Shown piece by piece: positions 49,262-59,671 of a stretch of DNA of 64,000 bases. The notes below the pieces were generated by a model. The model saw only the letters and a program-made list of their open reading frames with translations. It ran no database searches and was not told where the DNA came from. The DNA comes from Marispirochaeta sp. (GTDB lineage Bacteria > Spirochaetota > Spirochaetia > JC444 > Marispirochaetaceae): positions 1 through 64,000 of the forward strand of contig CAXXFF010000003.1 of NCBI GenBank assembly GCA_963676835.2, given 5' to 3'. Within the stretch, counting starts at the first letter, position 1. Each line of letters starts with the position of its first letter. Both the position numbers and the translations under genes were made by a program.

Positions 49262-50404
49262 CTATTTTTCCAGGATTTCATTTCTCGCTGAGGTACTGCT
49301 CTCCATCTTTGCCATACCGACAGTTTGTACGGAAGTACTGCGGATCAGCTTACGCAATGCCCTGCGACTTTCCCGAATCTCCTTGCCGGATCCCATAAGG
49401 ATAGCTACAGCCTTAAGACTGGGGACATTTTCACAGACAATCTTGATCATGGCCATGATCGGTACGGCAAGAAACATTCCAACCACACCCCAGAGCCATC
49501 CCCAGACAAGAAGAGCAACAAGAATGAGAAAAGGACTGAGGTTAAGTCTGCGCCCCTGAAGAAAGGGGTCCAGGATGTTCCCGAGGGTAACCTGAATTGC
49601 TATCACGGAACCGGCGACAAGAAAAATCGGTTTCGGTTCAGGATAAAACTGGAGAAAAGACATGAGTATAATTATAAAAACTATAAATGCCGATCCGAGA
49701 TTAGGAATAAAATTCAGAAAGAATGCGAAGGAGGCCCAGAGAATGGGAAAGTCGAGTCCTATAATCATAAGGCTTACATAAATGAGGATTCCCGTTGCGA
49801 GACTGATTACGAACTTAACAGACAGGTATCGTCCTATCTGATCATTGATATGCCTCATGACCAGATATATTCTATCGGACATGCTTATATGAAAAGCCTG
49901 GCGGATTTTACTCTGAAACCGGTCTTTCTCCATAAGCATAAACACAAGAAACAGGGTGATTATTAGAAGATTGCTTATGACTCCCATAATTGAGTTTGAT
50001 ACGGAAAGAAGCGAACTCTGCAGAGCCCTGCTCCAGTCAAAATCCCTGATTACCCCCGGGTTGAGTGAAAACCTCTCAAACAGGGTTTTGGACACTTCCA
50101 TAATTAATGTAGCCATTCTGGCCTGATACTTGGGCAGCTGAACAATGAATGACTTGATGGAAGTATACATAAAGAGACCCAGAAGGTAGAAAATCCCGGA
50201 AAATATCAGAATAACTATAATAATAGATAGAATCCGCGGGATTTTTACCCGCTCCAGGAGATCGACGAAAGGAGAAAAAACGAAAAAGAGCAGAATTGCA
50301 ATGGCCAGGGGCATCAGAGCCACCTGTGCAATTTTAAGCACCGCTAAAATGAGAATAATGGAAATGATCCCGGTAAAAAGGGTGGTCAGCTTTTCCGTTG
50401 GCAT
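49262..50404 (-). CDS. AI-2E family transporter
   Basis: LNFIPNLGS, GNILDP..G..LNLSP, WGVVGMFLAVP. Confidence 0.9.
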   Translation of the reverse strand: MPTEKLTTLFTGIISIILILAVLKIAQVALMPLAIAILLFFVFSPFVDLLERVKIPRILSIIIVILIFSGIFYLLGLFMYTSIKSFIVQLPKYQARMATLIMEVSKTLFERFSLNPGVIRDFDWSRALQSSLLSVSNSIMGVISNLLIITLFLVFMLMEKDRFQSKIRQAFHISMSDRIYLVMRHINDQIGRYLSVKFVISLATGILIYVSLMIIGLDFPILWASFAFFLNFIPNLGSAFIVFIIILMSFLQFYPEPKPIFLVAGSVIAIQVTLGNILDPFLQGRRLNLSPFLILVALLVWGWLWGVVGMFLAVPIMAMIKIVCENVPSLKAVAILMGSGKEIRESRRALRKLIRSTSVQTVGMAKMESSTSARNEILEK

Positions 50405-50546
50405 GCTGAATAAAGTATAGCAAATAGCATCAACATAAGCGAGTACTTGTTTTCACTCCTATGCAGCCCTTGGATCCCTTTTTAACAGTTGTTTTACCGT
50501 CAGGAAAAATGTATGTTTTTCAGGATATTTTTCACGAGGTTAGTAA

Positions 50547-51038
50547 ATGGCAAAAATAATTGATACAGCTGCTTTTATTGCGGATAACGCTGCAGTTACC
50601 GGAAATGTAAGCCTGGGAAAAGATTCATCCGTTTGGTATGGAGCCTCAGTACGAGGAGATCTGGCTCCGATTACCATCGGAGAAGCAACGAACATTCAGG
50701 ATAATGCTTCTGTTCATGTAGATACTGATACTCCCACCGTTGTTGGCAAGGGCGTTACCGTAGGACACAACGCAGTCCTCCATGGCTGCACCGTGGGAGA
50801 TAACTGCCTTATAGGCATGGGTGCAATAGTATTGAACCGCTCGGTAATAGGCGAAGGTTCGATTATTGGCGCCGGCGCTCTGGTTACGGAAGACAAGGTG
50901 ATCCCCCCGGGTTCTCTTGCTGTTGGCTCCCCGGCTAAGGTTATCCGGCAGATTGATGAAGCCAGTCTTGAAAAAGTCAAAAAAAACGCCGGACATTACG
51001 TTGAGTATGCCCGGCGCCATAAAAATGGAGAGTATTAA
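50547..51038 (+). CDS. Gamma-carbonic anhydrase family protein
   Basis: RGD, NIQD, hexapeptide repeats, VGH..LHGC. Confidence 0.92.
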   Translation: MAKIIDTAAFIADNAAVTGNVSLGKDSSVWYGASVRGDLAPITIGEATNIQDNASVHVDTDTPTVVGKGVTVGHNAVLHGCTVGDNCLIGMGAIVLNRSVIGEGSIIGAGALVTEDKVIPPGSLAVGSPAKVIRQIDEASLEKVKKNAGHYVEYARRHKNGEY

Positions 51039-51040
51039 CC

Positions 51041-54000
51041 CTATTTTTTTGTCTCAATCCAGCGCTGCATGCCCCGTCTGACCGCATCGATCAGATAGGG
51101 GCGCATTTTTGCCGGGTTGATAATATTATCTATTGAACCCACCTCCCGGGCCCGTCCGACGCTGTGAATTGAATCAAATTCTGCCCCCAGGGCAGTCTGG
51201 TATTCGTTATAAACAGTCTGATACAGCATTTCAAACTCTTTGTAGGTACAGTCACCGTTCTTGAGTTTCCTGCGTTCTTCCACTATACGCGTATCCTCTT
51301 CGGTCTGTTTTTTAACCGTTTTGGGGAACACAACCGCAGCGGCAGGAGCACCGCCGATAACTGATGCGAAAGAACCTTCCAGTGCAGCTACTTCCAGAGA
51401 CGGATTAAGCTTCTTGGAAAAAACAACATAGGCGCCGCCATGATAGCGTGCGGTTACCAGGAACACAAGCGGGCCTTTGAAGTTAACCACAGCGCGGCCT
51501 ATTTCTGCACCGTATTCAAGCTGCAGACGTCGAAGAGATTCCGGAGAGCCGTCAAAGCCGGATAAATTTGCAATAATAACAGCCGGGAGTCTTCCCGAGA
51601 AGGAATTAATACCTCTGGCAACCTTTTTTGAAGACTGCGGATACAGGGTTCCACCGCTCCAGGTATCCGGTCCATCCGGCGGAACCGCTCCGATCCGGGA
51701 AAAGCTTCGGCTTTCGATACCGATCATACCGACAGCCTGTCCTCCAAGCCGGGTTTCCCATACGAGAGCAGTGTCACCGTCTTCGAGGTTTCTCCAACGC
51801 TCAAGTATTTCACCATCCTGATCCACCAGTGCACGCATAACCTGACGCATATCAAAGGGCTTTTTCCTGTCCGGATTATTGTCAAGGCTGAAAATATCAC
51901 CGATGGTCGTAAACCCCTGCCCCAGAGAATCAGTATATGCAGTGGATGTCACATCACGGCCTTCGGAGTCTGTACTCTCCATTATCCGGGGGAAGTCCTC
52001 TCCGGGAATAACATAACTTACCCGGTAATGCTGAAAAAGAACCGCATATGCTTCGGCTATATTGGCAACCCGGATTTGTGCCTGGCCGTTGGGAAGCATG
52101 ATTTTTTCTGCTCCGCCGATATCCACATTTGTTTCTCCGGATACACTACCGGAGAAATCCAATGCACGCTTTCCGGTAAGCAGCATGGAGGCATCATCGG
52201 TCATCAGCAGAAGCCCCCTGGTATGCATAAGCATAGTTGACTCTGCATCCCAGTAAGACTGGGCACCGACATTTATCGACTGGACAATAATGTTAATTTC
52301 CCCGCCGCCCTGGGTAAATTCTATAATCCTTTTCAGGGTAGCCGCTGTCCAGTCCAGGTTTTCGGTGCCGGAATCCATGGTGATCTTGGCCCCGGAGGAG
52401 ACGGGAATCCATTCCACGGGAATCTTTTCTGTTTCCGCCATATCTATCGCGGCGTTAATTCTGCGGCATTCTCCCTCGGCAAGGCTTCCCAGATCGCTGG
52501 TGGGGTCACTGAGAATCAGCATACGCCGGTATGCGATGCCTGTTTCAGGATCGGTATTTTCTATACGCCCGATAACAACATTGCTGCTGTTATTGCCGGG
52601 ATCCCTGCCTTTAACCGAGAACATTCGGGTTGCACCATTGCTCTCAACTTCAATATCAAACTCTTCAAACTCTCCCCGGGGAACACCCTGCTGAAGGGGG
52701 AAGCCGGCATGAGTCAGCATTTTAATCAGTTCATACGGGTAGATCTGGTTTCGCTGACGGGCCCGTACAACCTTTGAACCATAGGCATCAAGGGTTGTGA
52801 GAGGCACACCGGAAGGCTTTCGGCTGCGCAGGGTAAACTGATCCTGGGTTAAATTATGAAAAATCAGTTCGTGTTCCCGGATTGTCTCTTCTCTCCAGCG
52901 TTTCCGCCGTGTATAAACCACCATTTTTTCAAGGCCCAGACCGGCAGTTCGTGGCACAAGATTAAGTCCGAAATCCCGCAGCTGCATGAGCTTAAGCCCG
53001 AGGAGTGACCGGTTATAGATAATAATCCGGTTCCATTGCAGCCGGAAACGGTATCCCTGCTGCACTGCTCTCATGGCGGATACAGCTTCCATAAAAACCT
53101 GTTCGAAGCGGACCATGCGGGTAAGGTCGCTCATGGAGGAAAGTTCAGGATCTGTTTCCGATGTAGACGCCAGGGCAAACAGGCGCATATCTTTTGCATT
53201 TTCCCGGGCGGTTCCTTCCAGCACGGTAACATTCTCAGTTCTGGAAACAAGTTTCAGATGAAAGCCTTTAAGCCGCGCCACCCGCAGTTCGCGATATTCC
53301 AGAGGGCTGAAAGAAAACGCCTCTTCCCATTCTTTCCAATCCCCATCTTCATTGTGGTAGGTTGTGTAACTGGGGTAATCACTCTCCCCATATACACCGA
53401 TGGAAAGAAAGCGGCAGCTGAAAGGCGCAATAATCTTAATAACCTTACCGGCGTCTGCATCAAAAGGAAGCAGCAGAATAAACTCGCAGGTTTCGCTGCT
53501 GTATTTCCCTGCAGCAGTTTTAAGCAGACTTTCAACATCTGCTTTTTGATCAGCAATAATTATTACCGCATTGTCTTTATCCGGGAATTCCGCAGCGGCA
53601 CCGGCACTGTCTCCATCAAGATTCAGAATTTCTATTGATGAAACATCCCGGTCACGGTTCAGGTACTTTGTTACTATCTGAGCAAGAATATCCTTGTTTA
53701 TGCTGGATTTTTCTGCCCGGAGAAGATCAACCAAAACCGCAGGGGGAAGCTCAAGTATGGCATCGATCTTATTGTCCAGATCGTCAATACATCCGCTGCA
53801 GCTCTCTTTAATAAGGGTCCCCACTGAGGTGCGCTGTTTGTCCCGCTGCTGAGAGAGGTGAGCTTTATCCAGCAGAATATAGCGTGCATGCAGTGCAGCA
53901 TCTGCCAGATTCGGATGATTAACAATACTGATACGTACAATTTCATTAACCAGCAGGGGGAAGTTTTCATTAAGGACAGAATCATCCCCCGCTTCCTCAA

Positions 54001-56542
54001 GAAAAAGCAGAAGTTCCCGTGCGGCTGCAGCCTTCCCCTTAACTGCGTTATGGGATCGGTAAATATGAAACAGCAGCTGGTCGATATCGTCGTTTATCCC
54101 AGCTTTGCGATAGTTTTCAATAACCCTTTCCATGGCCTGAATAAACGGAGCAGGAAGACCTTTTTCCCTGTCGGTTTTTCTCAAAGCATAATGGGTAAGC
54201 AGCTCGGTAAAGCTGTGAGGACGACCGCCTCCGGTTCCGTCATCTATCTCACTGCTGCTGAAGAGTCCTTCCACGGCACAGAACTTCTCAAGAGCCCTTG
54301 AAGTGAGGTCCGTCAGGCGCTGTTTGAAATCTTCGCTGTCATTTTTTAATGATCTCAGGCGATTGATAATCTGAACCGGCGCGTCACCGGTATCAAAACC
54401 AAGAAACAGCGCGCGAATCTCGTAGCCGATTCTCTGCCAGAGCTCTTCATCCGAAGGAGCTTTCTGGTCAAATGTAACCCGGGTTTCAACAACCTCATCA
54501 ACAGCCTCTTCTTTCCCGTCTTCCTCTTCTTCCAGACGAATAAGAGACTGCCCCGCCGCGACCTGGGAACCAGGTCCTGCAAGTATGTCTGCCACAACTC
54601 CGTCACCGGGAGCTTCAATGAGCATCTCCATCTTCATGGCTTCAAGAACAAGCAGAACATCGCCTTTTTTTACACTGTCTCCGGGCTTTACCGGAATGGA
54701 CAAAATAATTGCAGGGGAAGGAGATTTAACAAAACCACGGGATTCCTGCTCAAGGAGAAAAGGTACGCCGTTTATTTCGCACTGAAGAGCGTCTCCACGA
54801 TGAACCAGCAGAAAGCGGTAGCGCTTGTTATTGTATTCAAGCACACCCTCTTCCTCTAAGGAACAGCGGTAATGACAGACGATAAACTGATCGTCCACCC
54901 CTATATGGTACCGTTCACCACCGACATGATACACCTCGAGCTGATATGAGGTTCCCCCCAGAGTCAGAGAGACCTCCTGAGGGCTGTTCCTGGGCATAGT
55001 CCGGGGCTTTCCTACACTGGAAAGATCGTACAGAAAGTTAACCCTGCTTTCATCAAGCTGCTTCAATGCAACTGTTACAGCACCGGCAATAAGCGCCGCC
55101 CGGAAATCCTCTTCTGGCGGGCGGGTAATCCCCCGCTGCAGAAGCTCAGCCACAAATCCGGTGGAAACACCGCCGGCTATAATCTCTTCCTGATCCAGAA
55201 GCTGCCTGAGAAAGGAACGGTTTGTTGTTCCGTTTTCTATACGGATGGTGCATTCATCAAGTGCCCGCTTAAGCCGAGCCATGGCTTCCTGCCGGTTTCG
55301 GCCCCGGGCAATAATCTTGGCGACCATGGAATCAAACTCGGGAGGGATTTCCGCACCGGTTTCGATTCCCGAATCAACTCTGATTCCCGGTCCTGCAGGT
55401 GATCTGAACAGATCAACTCCACCGGGTGCAGGGGAGAATTCCCTGCCTGGATCCTCGGCATTGAGTCGTACTTCCATAACATGTCCACGGGGAAATGCAT
55501 CTGAAAGATCGACTTCCAGTCCCGCGGCAACTTCTATCTGACCTGTAACCAGGTCGATCCCGTACAGTTCTTCAGTAATCGGATGTTCAACCTGAAGCCT
55601 GGTATTAACTTCCATAAAGAAGTAGCGGTCGGAATCGAGATCATACAGATATTCAACCGTACCGGCGCCTACATAATCTGCGGCATTGATAAGCCTGGCG
55701 GCAGCCTCCTGCATGGCCAGAATTTTCTCTTCCGGTAATCCGGGAGGTGGAGTTTCTTCTATTATCTTCTGATTTCGCCGCTGAACAGAGCAGTCCCGGA
55801 CACCAAAGGTGTTTACATGTCCATGACTGTCTGCAAGTACCTGTACCTCAAGGTGTCTACCTCGTTGTACCAGATGTTCAATGAAGACTGTTCTGGTACC
55901 GGTTATTCGCAGGGTTTCATCCACAGCTGAATTATACTGGGCCTTCAGTTCTTCCGGTGTAAGGACAAAACGGATGCCCCTGCCACCGCCGGCATTTGAA
56001 GCTTTTACGATAACCGGGTAACCGATTGCATTGGATACCTTCTCCGCATCCTCTATGGTCTCAACAGGTCCCTTACTCCAGGGGAGAATGGGAACATCCG
56101 CTGATTCAGCAAGGTCTTTTGCTGCGATTTTGTCACCCAGCAAAGCCATTGCCTTACTGGAAGGTCCCAGAAAGACCAGCCCCTTTGCTTCAGTTTTTTC
56201 TGCAAAAACCGAGTCTTCCGAGACAAATCCCCATCCCACCCATAAAGCATCACATCCGCCTTTTTCGAGGGCCGATATAATAAGTTCATGATCGAGATAA
56301 GGCGTAGATGCAGTTCCGGGAAATGCCTGAAGATCTTCAAAACATACACGGTCATCCGCATTTTTGACAAACGGTGACTGTTCTTCTTTTGCATTATAAA
56401 TAGCCACAGCTTCAATACTGGTGCCGTAGCGGGAGTTATACTCCCTTACTCCTCTGATAAAGCGTAAAGCAGCTTCACCGCGGTTTACTATTCCTATTCT
56501 GGAATCTGATTTCAAAACTGGAAGTGCAGTTTGGGGTGCCAA
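51041..56542 (-). CDS. Single-chain biotin-dependent acyl-CoA carboxylase (BC-BCCP-central-CT, 1833 aa)
   Basis: NRGE, GGGRG, RDCSVQRR.QK, EVNTRLQVEH (BC); EAMKM (biotin Lys); C-terminal CT motifs SSGAKI, GFDGS, HGGAYVV; TTG start after GAGGAG. Confidence 0.92.
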   Translation of the reverse strand: MAPQTALPVLKSDSRIGIVNRGEAALRFIRGVREYNSRYGTSIEAVAIYNAKEEQSPFVKNADDRVCFEDLQAFPGTASTPYLDHELIISALEKGGCDALWVGWGFVSEDSVFAEKTEAKGLVFLGPSSKAMALLGDKIAAKDLAESADVPILPWSKGPVETIEDAEKVSNAIGYPVIVKASNAGGGRGIRFVLTPEELKAQYNSAVDETLRITGTRTVFIEHLVQRGRHLEVQVLADSHGHVNTFGVRDCSVQRRNQKIIEETPPPGLPEEKILAMQEAAARLINAADYVGAGTVEYLYDLDSDRYFFMEVNTRLQVEHPITEELYGIDLVTGQIEVAAGLEVDLSDAFPRGHVMEVRLNAEDPGREFSPAPGGVDLFRSPAGPGIRVDSGIETGAEIPPEFDSMVAKIIARGRNRQEAMARLKRALDECTIRIENGTTNRSFLRQLLDQEEIIAGGVSTGFVAELLQRGITRPPEEDFRAALIAGAVTVALKQLDESRVNFLYDLSSVGKPRTMPRNSPQEVSLTLGGTSYQLEVYHVGGERYHIGVDDQFIVCHYRCSLEEEGVLEYNNKRYRFLLVHRGDALQCEINGVPFLLEQESRGFVKSPSPAIILSIPVKPGDSVKKGDVLLVLEAMKMEMLIEAPGDGVVADILAGPGSQVAAGQSLIRLEEEEDGKEEAVDEVVETRVTFDQKAPSDEELWQRIGYEIRALFLGFDTGDAPVQIINRLRSLKNDSEDFKQRLTDLTSRALEKFCAVEGLFSSSEIDDGTGGGRPHSFTELLTHYALRKTDREKGLPAPFIQAMERVIENYRKAGINDDIDQLLFHIYRSHNAVKGKAAAARELLLFLEEAGDDSVLNENFPLLVNEIVRISIVNHPNLADAALHARYILLDKAHLSQQRDKQRTSVGTLIKESCSGCIDDLDNKIDAILELPPAVLVDLLRAEKSSINKDILAQIVTKYLNRDRDVSSIEILNLDGDSAGAAAEFPDKDNAVIIIADQKADVESLLKTAAGKYSSETCEFILLLPFDADAGKVIKIIAPFSCRFLSIGVYGESDYPSYTTYHNEDGDWKEWEEAFSFSPLEYRELRVARLKGFHLKLVSRTENVTVLEGTARENAKDMRLFALASTSETDPELSSMSDLTRMVRFEQVFMEAVSAMRAVQQGYRFRLQWNRIIIYNRSLLGLKLMQLRDFGLNLVPRTAGLGLEKMVVYTRRKRWREETIREHELIFHNLTQDQFTLRSRKPSGVPLTTLDAYGSKVVRARQRNQIYPYELIKMLTHAGFPLQQGVPRGEFEEFDIEVESNGATRMFSVKGRDPGNNSSNVVIGRIENTDPETGIAYRRMLILSDPTSDLGSLAEGECRRINAAIDMAETEKIPVEWIPVSSGAKITMDSGTENLDWTAATLKRIIEFTQGGGEINIIVQSINVGAQSYWDAESTMLMHTRGLLLMTDDASMLLTGKRALDFSGSVSGETNVDIGGAEKIMLPNGQAQIRVANIAEAYAVLFQHYRVSYVIPGEDFPRIMESTDSEGRDVTSTAYTDSLGQGFTTIGDIFSLDNNPDRKKPFDMRQVMRALVDQDGEILERWRNLEDGDTALVWETRLGGQAVGMIGIESRSFSRIGAVPPDGPDTWSGGTLYPQSSKKVARGINSFSGRLPAVIIANLSGFDGSPESLRRLQLEYGAEIGRAVVNFKGPLVFLVTARYHGGAYVVFSKKLNPSLEVAALEGSFASVIGGAPAAAVVFPKTVKKQTEEDTRIVEERRKLKNGDCTYKEFEMLYQTVYNEYQTALGAEFDSIHSVGRAREVGSIDNIINPAKMRPYLIDAVRRGMQRWIETKK

Positions 56543-56814
56543 AGGGTCGCCTCCTCATGCAGCGTTGTGTCGGCCACTGGCCGCATCGAGTGAAAAAAAG
56601 ATCACACGAGTATACCTATTCTACACGGCATGGTGAAGGCCCAGCAATAGCCAATTTATGCTTAAAAGAGTACGAATATTTAACCATTTTAGAGTTTATG
56701 GACATAAGGTGTCTGTATTGCCAGACACTCGGCTTGACTTAATCCTTCATTCTTGAGTACACAGACATAATCCTTTTAACCTGTATGGTTTAAGGATGGT
56801 TTTTGGGAGGATGG

Positions 56815-57798
56815 ATGAACGCTACTATCAGATCAGTCGGGGCTTACCTGCCTGCAGAGAGGGTAACCAACGACGATTTGGCCGCACGTATAGATACATC
56901 TGATGAATGGATACGCAGTCATACAGGTATCGGCGCCCGCCACATAGCAGGAAATGACGAAACAACATCAGAAATGGCAGTAAAAGCGGCCCTGAATGCA
57001 TTGGAAAATGGTGGCGTTTCACCTGATGAGATCGATATGGTCATAGTTGCAACAAGCACACCCGATTACACCGGCTTTCCTTCTACAGCGAGTATTGTCC
57101 AGGACCGGATCGGGGCGACATCCTGCGGAGCATTTGATCTGGGAGCCGCCTGCACCGGATTTGTTTATGCCATGGAGGCCGGCCGAGGGCTTATTGCAGG
57201 CGGCAGTTTCCGTAATGTTCTTGTTATAGGGGCTGAGAAAATGTCCGCCATGCTCAACTGGGAAGACCGCAGCACCTGTGTTCTATTCGGAGACGGCGCG
57301 GGGGCAGTTCTCCTTACTCCCGCCGACGATAATGCCGGGGTTCTCTCCTCCCGCCTGCTTTCCGACGGCAGCGGAGACGATGCACTTATTATACGTGCCG
57401 GAGGCGTCAAGATGCCCCTTAGAGGATGCAGTGAGGTTTCCAAAGAAGATATGTATATAGCCATGGACGGACGCAGGGTTTACAACTTTGCTGTCCAGGC
57501 TAATACGGAGCTTTTCAAAACCCTGCTTGCCGACGCAGACATTGAAATTGACCAGGTTAAATATATTGTTCCCCACCAGGCGAATGTTAAAATCATCAAG
57601 GCTGCGGCAAAACGGGCACGGATTCCTCTGGAAAAGTTCTATATAAACATAGAGGAGTATGCCAATACTTCCGCTGCTTCCATACCAATTGCCCTTAACG
57701 ATCTCTGGAGCAGAAAAGAGCTGAATAAGGGAGATATCATAATGATTGTCGGCTTCGGAGCCGGTTTGACCTATGGTGGTCAGCTTATTCGTTTGTAA
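56815..57798 (+). CDS. fabH: Beta-ketoacyl-ACP synthase III
   Basis: AACTG, FGDGAGA, PHQAN, NTSAAS, GFGAG. Confidence 0.96.
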   Translation: MNATIRSVGAYLPAERVTNDDLAARIDTSDEWIRSHTGIGARHIAGNDETTSEMAVKAALNALENGGVSPDEIDMVIVATSTPDYTGFPSTASIVQDRIGATSCGAFDLGAACTGFVYAMEAGRGLIAGGSFRNVLVIGAEKMSAMLNWEDRSTCVLFGDGAGAVLLTPADDNAGVLSSRLLSDGSGDDALIIRAGGVKMPLRGCSEVSKEDMYIAMDGRRVYNFAVQANTELFKTLLADADIEIDQVKYIVPHQANVKIIKAAAKRARIPLEKFYINIEEYANTSAASIPIALNDLWSRKELNKGDIIMIVGFGAGLTYGGQLIRL

Positions 57799-57867
57799 AT
57801 GTTTATATGTGTCCCCGGTTCAGTCGGTTCTTGACCGATAAAAACAGGGCATGATAAGGTCGCAGGA

Positions 57868-58818
57868 ATGGCAAATAACAACAGTAAAATCTGCTTTCTC
57901 TTTCCCGGACAGGGAGCCCAGTACAAGGGAATGGGAAAGGATATGTATGACAAAAGCCCGGCAGTACAGGAGCTTTTTACAAAAGCAAGTGACCTGACCG
58001 GTATTGATGTTCCCAATCTGCTCTTTGAGGCGGATGAAGAAGAACTGAAAAAAACAGAAAACACTCAGGTGGCAATAACGGCGGTAAATCTTGCAGCCTG
58101 GAAACTTCTGCAGGAAGCGGGTATTTCTCCGGCACTGGCCGCAGGATTCAGTCTGGGCGAGTTCAGTGCACTTGTAGCTGCGGGAGTAATATCTGAAGAA
58201 ACAGTATTTCCCATGGTAAAAGAGCGCGGTCTTATTATGGCAAAGGTTGCAGACAAGCTGTCAGCAGGGGGTAACGGCCCCGGAATGGCTGCGGTTATGG
58301 GTCTTGAGCCCGAAAAAGTGCAGGAACTCTGTGAAGCATCAGGGCTTGAACTCTATGCCGCCAACTTCAACAGCTCCGTACAGACAGTTGTTGCAGGTAC
58401 CTTTGATGCCTTAACCAGGGGTAAAGAATATTTCAGTGAAAACGGCGCAAAACGCTGGATCCCCTTAAAAGTATCCGGTCCTTTTCACTCCCCCCTTCTG
58501 AAAGAGGCACGGGAGGAGTTCAGTTCCATTGTTGATGCAGCCGATTTTGCTGATCCGCTTATCTCCCTTATCTCTAATGTTTCCGGCAAAGCTGTCAAAA
58601 ACGGTGAAGAGGCCAAAAAGCTCTGTATTGAGCAGGTTACCTCGCCGGTCCGCTGGACCACCGAAGAAGAAACAGTTCTTTCCCTGGGAGCTTCCGCCTG
58701 TATTGAAGCGGGCCCCGGAAAAGTTTTAACCGGACTTTGGAAAAAAACAGACTATACTATACCCTGTTATCCGGCTGGAACCATTGAAGAAATAAACGCT
58801 GCAGCAGCAGAACTGTAG
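57868..58818 (+). CDS. fabD: Malonyl-CoA:ACP transacylase
   Basis: FPGQGAQ, GFSLGE, VSGPFHS. Confidence 0.95.
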   Translation: MANNNSKICFLFPGQGAQYKGMGKDMYDKSPAVQELFTKASDLTGIDVPNLLFEADEEELKKTENTQVAITAVNLAAWKLLQEAGISPALAAGFSLGEFSALVAAGVISEETVFPMVKERGLIMAKVADKLSAGGNGPGMAAVMGLEPEKVQELCEASGLELYAANFNSSVQTVVAGTFDALTRGKEYFSENGAKRWIPLKVSGPFHSPLLKEAREEFSSIVDAADFADPLISLISNVSGKAVKNGEEAKKLCIEQVTSPVRWTTEEETVLSLGASACIEAGPGKVLTGLWKKTDYTIPCYPAGTIEEINAAAAEL

Positions 58819-58912
58819 ACTTTTTCCTGCGGGACATATTGCCCGCACAACATATTTCCCGACGGCATACGCCGTCTCTATTTTATAAGGATAATTATTA
58901 CTGGAGGAAACT

Positions 58913-59653
58913 ATGCTTCTTGAAGGAAAAAAAGCCCTTGTAACCGGCGGTGCACAGGGTATCGGAAAAGAAATTGTCATGAAATTACTGTCTGAAGGCG
59001 CTTCAGTTCACTACTGTGACCTGAACGAAGGACCTTTCAAGGCAGAGATGGATGCTGCCTGCAAGGGTGACGCGGTTGCCGTTTTTCATAAGGCAAACAT
59101 CACCGATGAGGCTGAAGTCAAAGAGCTGATCAAAGAGATCACCGCTGACGGCAAGCTGGATATTCTTGTTAATAACGCGGGTATAACCCGGGACGGAATG
59201 GTTTTCCGCATGAGCCTCGACCAGTGGGAATCCGTACTGAAGGTAAACCTTACCGGAGCCTTCCTGGTTGCCAGGGAAGCATCAGCCTTTATGGCAATGA
59301 AACAGAAATCAGGAGCTATCATCAATATGGCTTCCGTTGTAGGCCAGATGGGTAATGCCGGACAGACAAACTACTCTGCATCCAAAGCAGGACTGATCGG
59401 CTTTACAAAATCCCTGGCAAAAGAGGTATCCAAACGTAATGTTCGGGTAAATGCCATTGCCCCGGGATTCATCGAAACAGCCATGACCGACAAACTTACG
59501 GATGAAGTAAAAGCTGATTATGCCCGTGCCATACCTCTTGGACGCATGGGATCTCCTGAAGATATCGCCAACGCCGTACTCTATCTTGCCAGTGATCTTT
59601 CCAACTACATCACCGGCCAGGTAATCCGCGTAGACGGCGGACTGATAATGTAA
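58913..59653 (+). CDS. fabG: 3-oxoacyl-ACP reductase
   Basis: TGGAQGIG, NNAGITRD, GNAGQTNYSASK. Confidence 0.96.
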   Translation: MLLEGKKALVTGGAQGIGKEIVMKLLSEGASVHYCDLNEGPFKAEMDAACKGDAVAVFHKANITDEAEVKELIKEITADGKLDILVNNAGITRDGMVFRMSLDQWESVLKVNLTGAFLVAREASAFMAMKQKSGAIINMASVVGQMGNAGQTNYSASKAGLIGFTKSLAKEVSKRNVRVNAIAPGFIETAMTDKLTDEVKADYARAIPLGRMGSPEDIANAVLYLASDLSNYITGQVIRVDGGLIM

Positions 59654-59671
59654 CTTCCGGGAGGATTTCTG

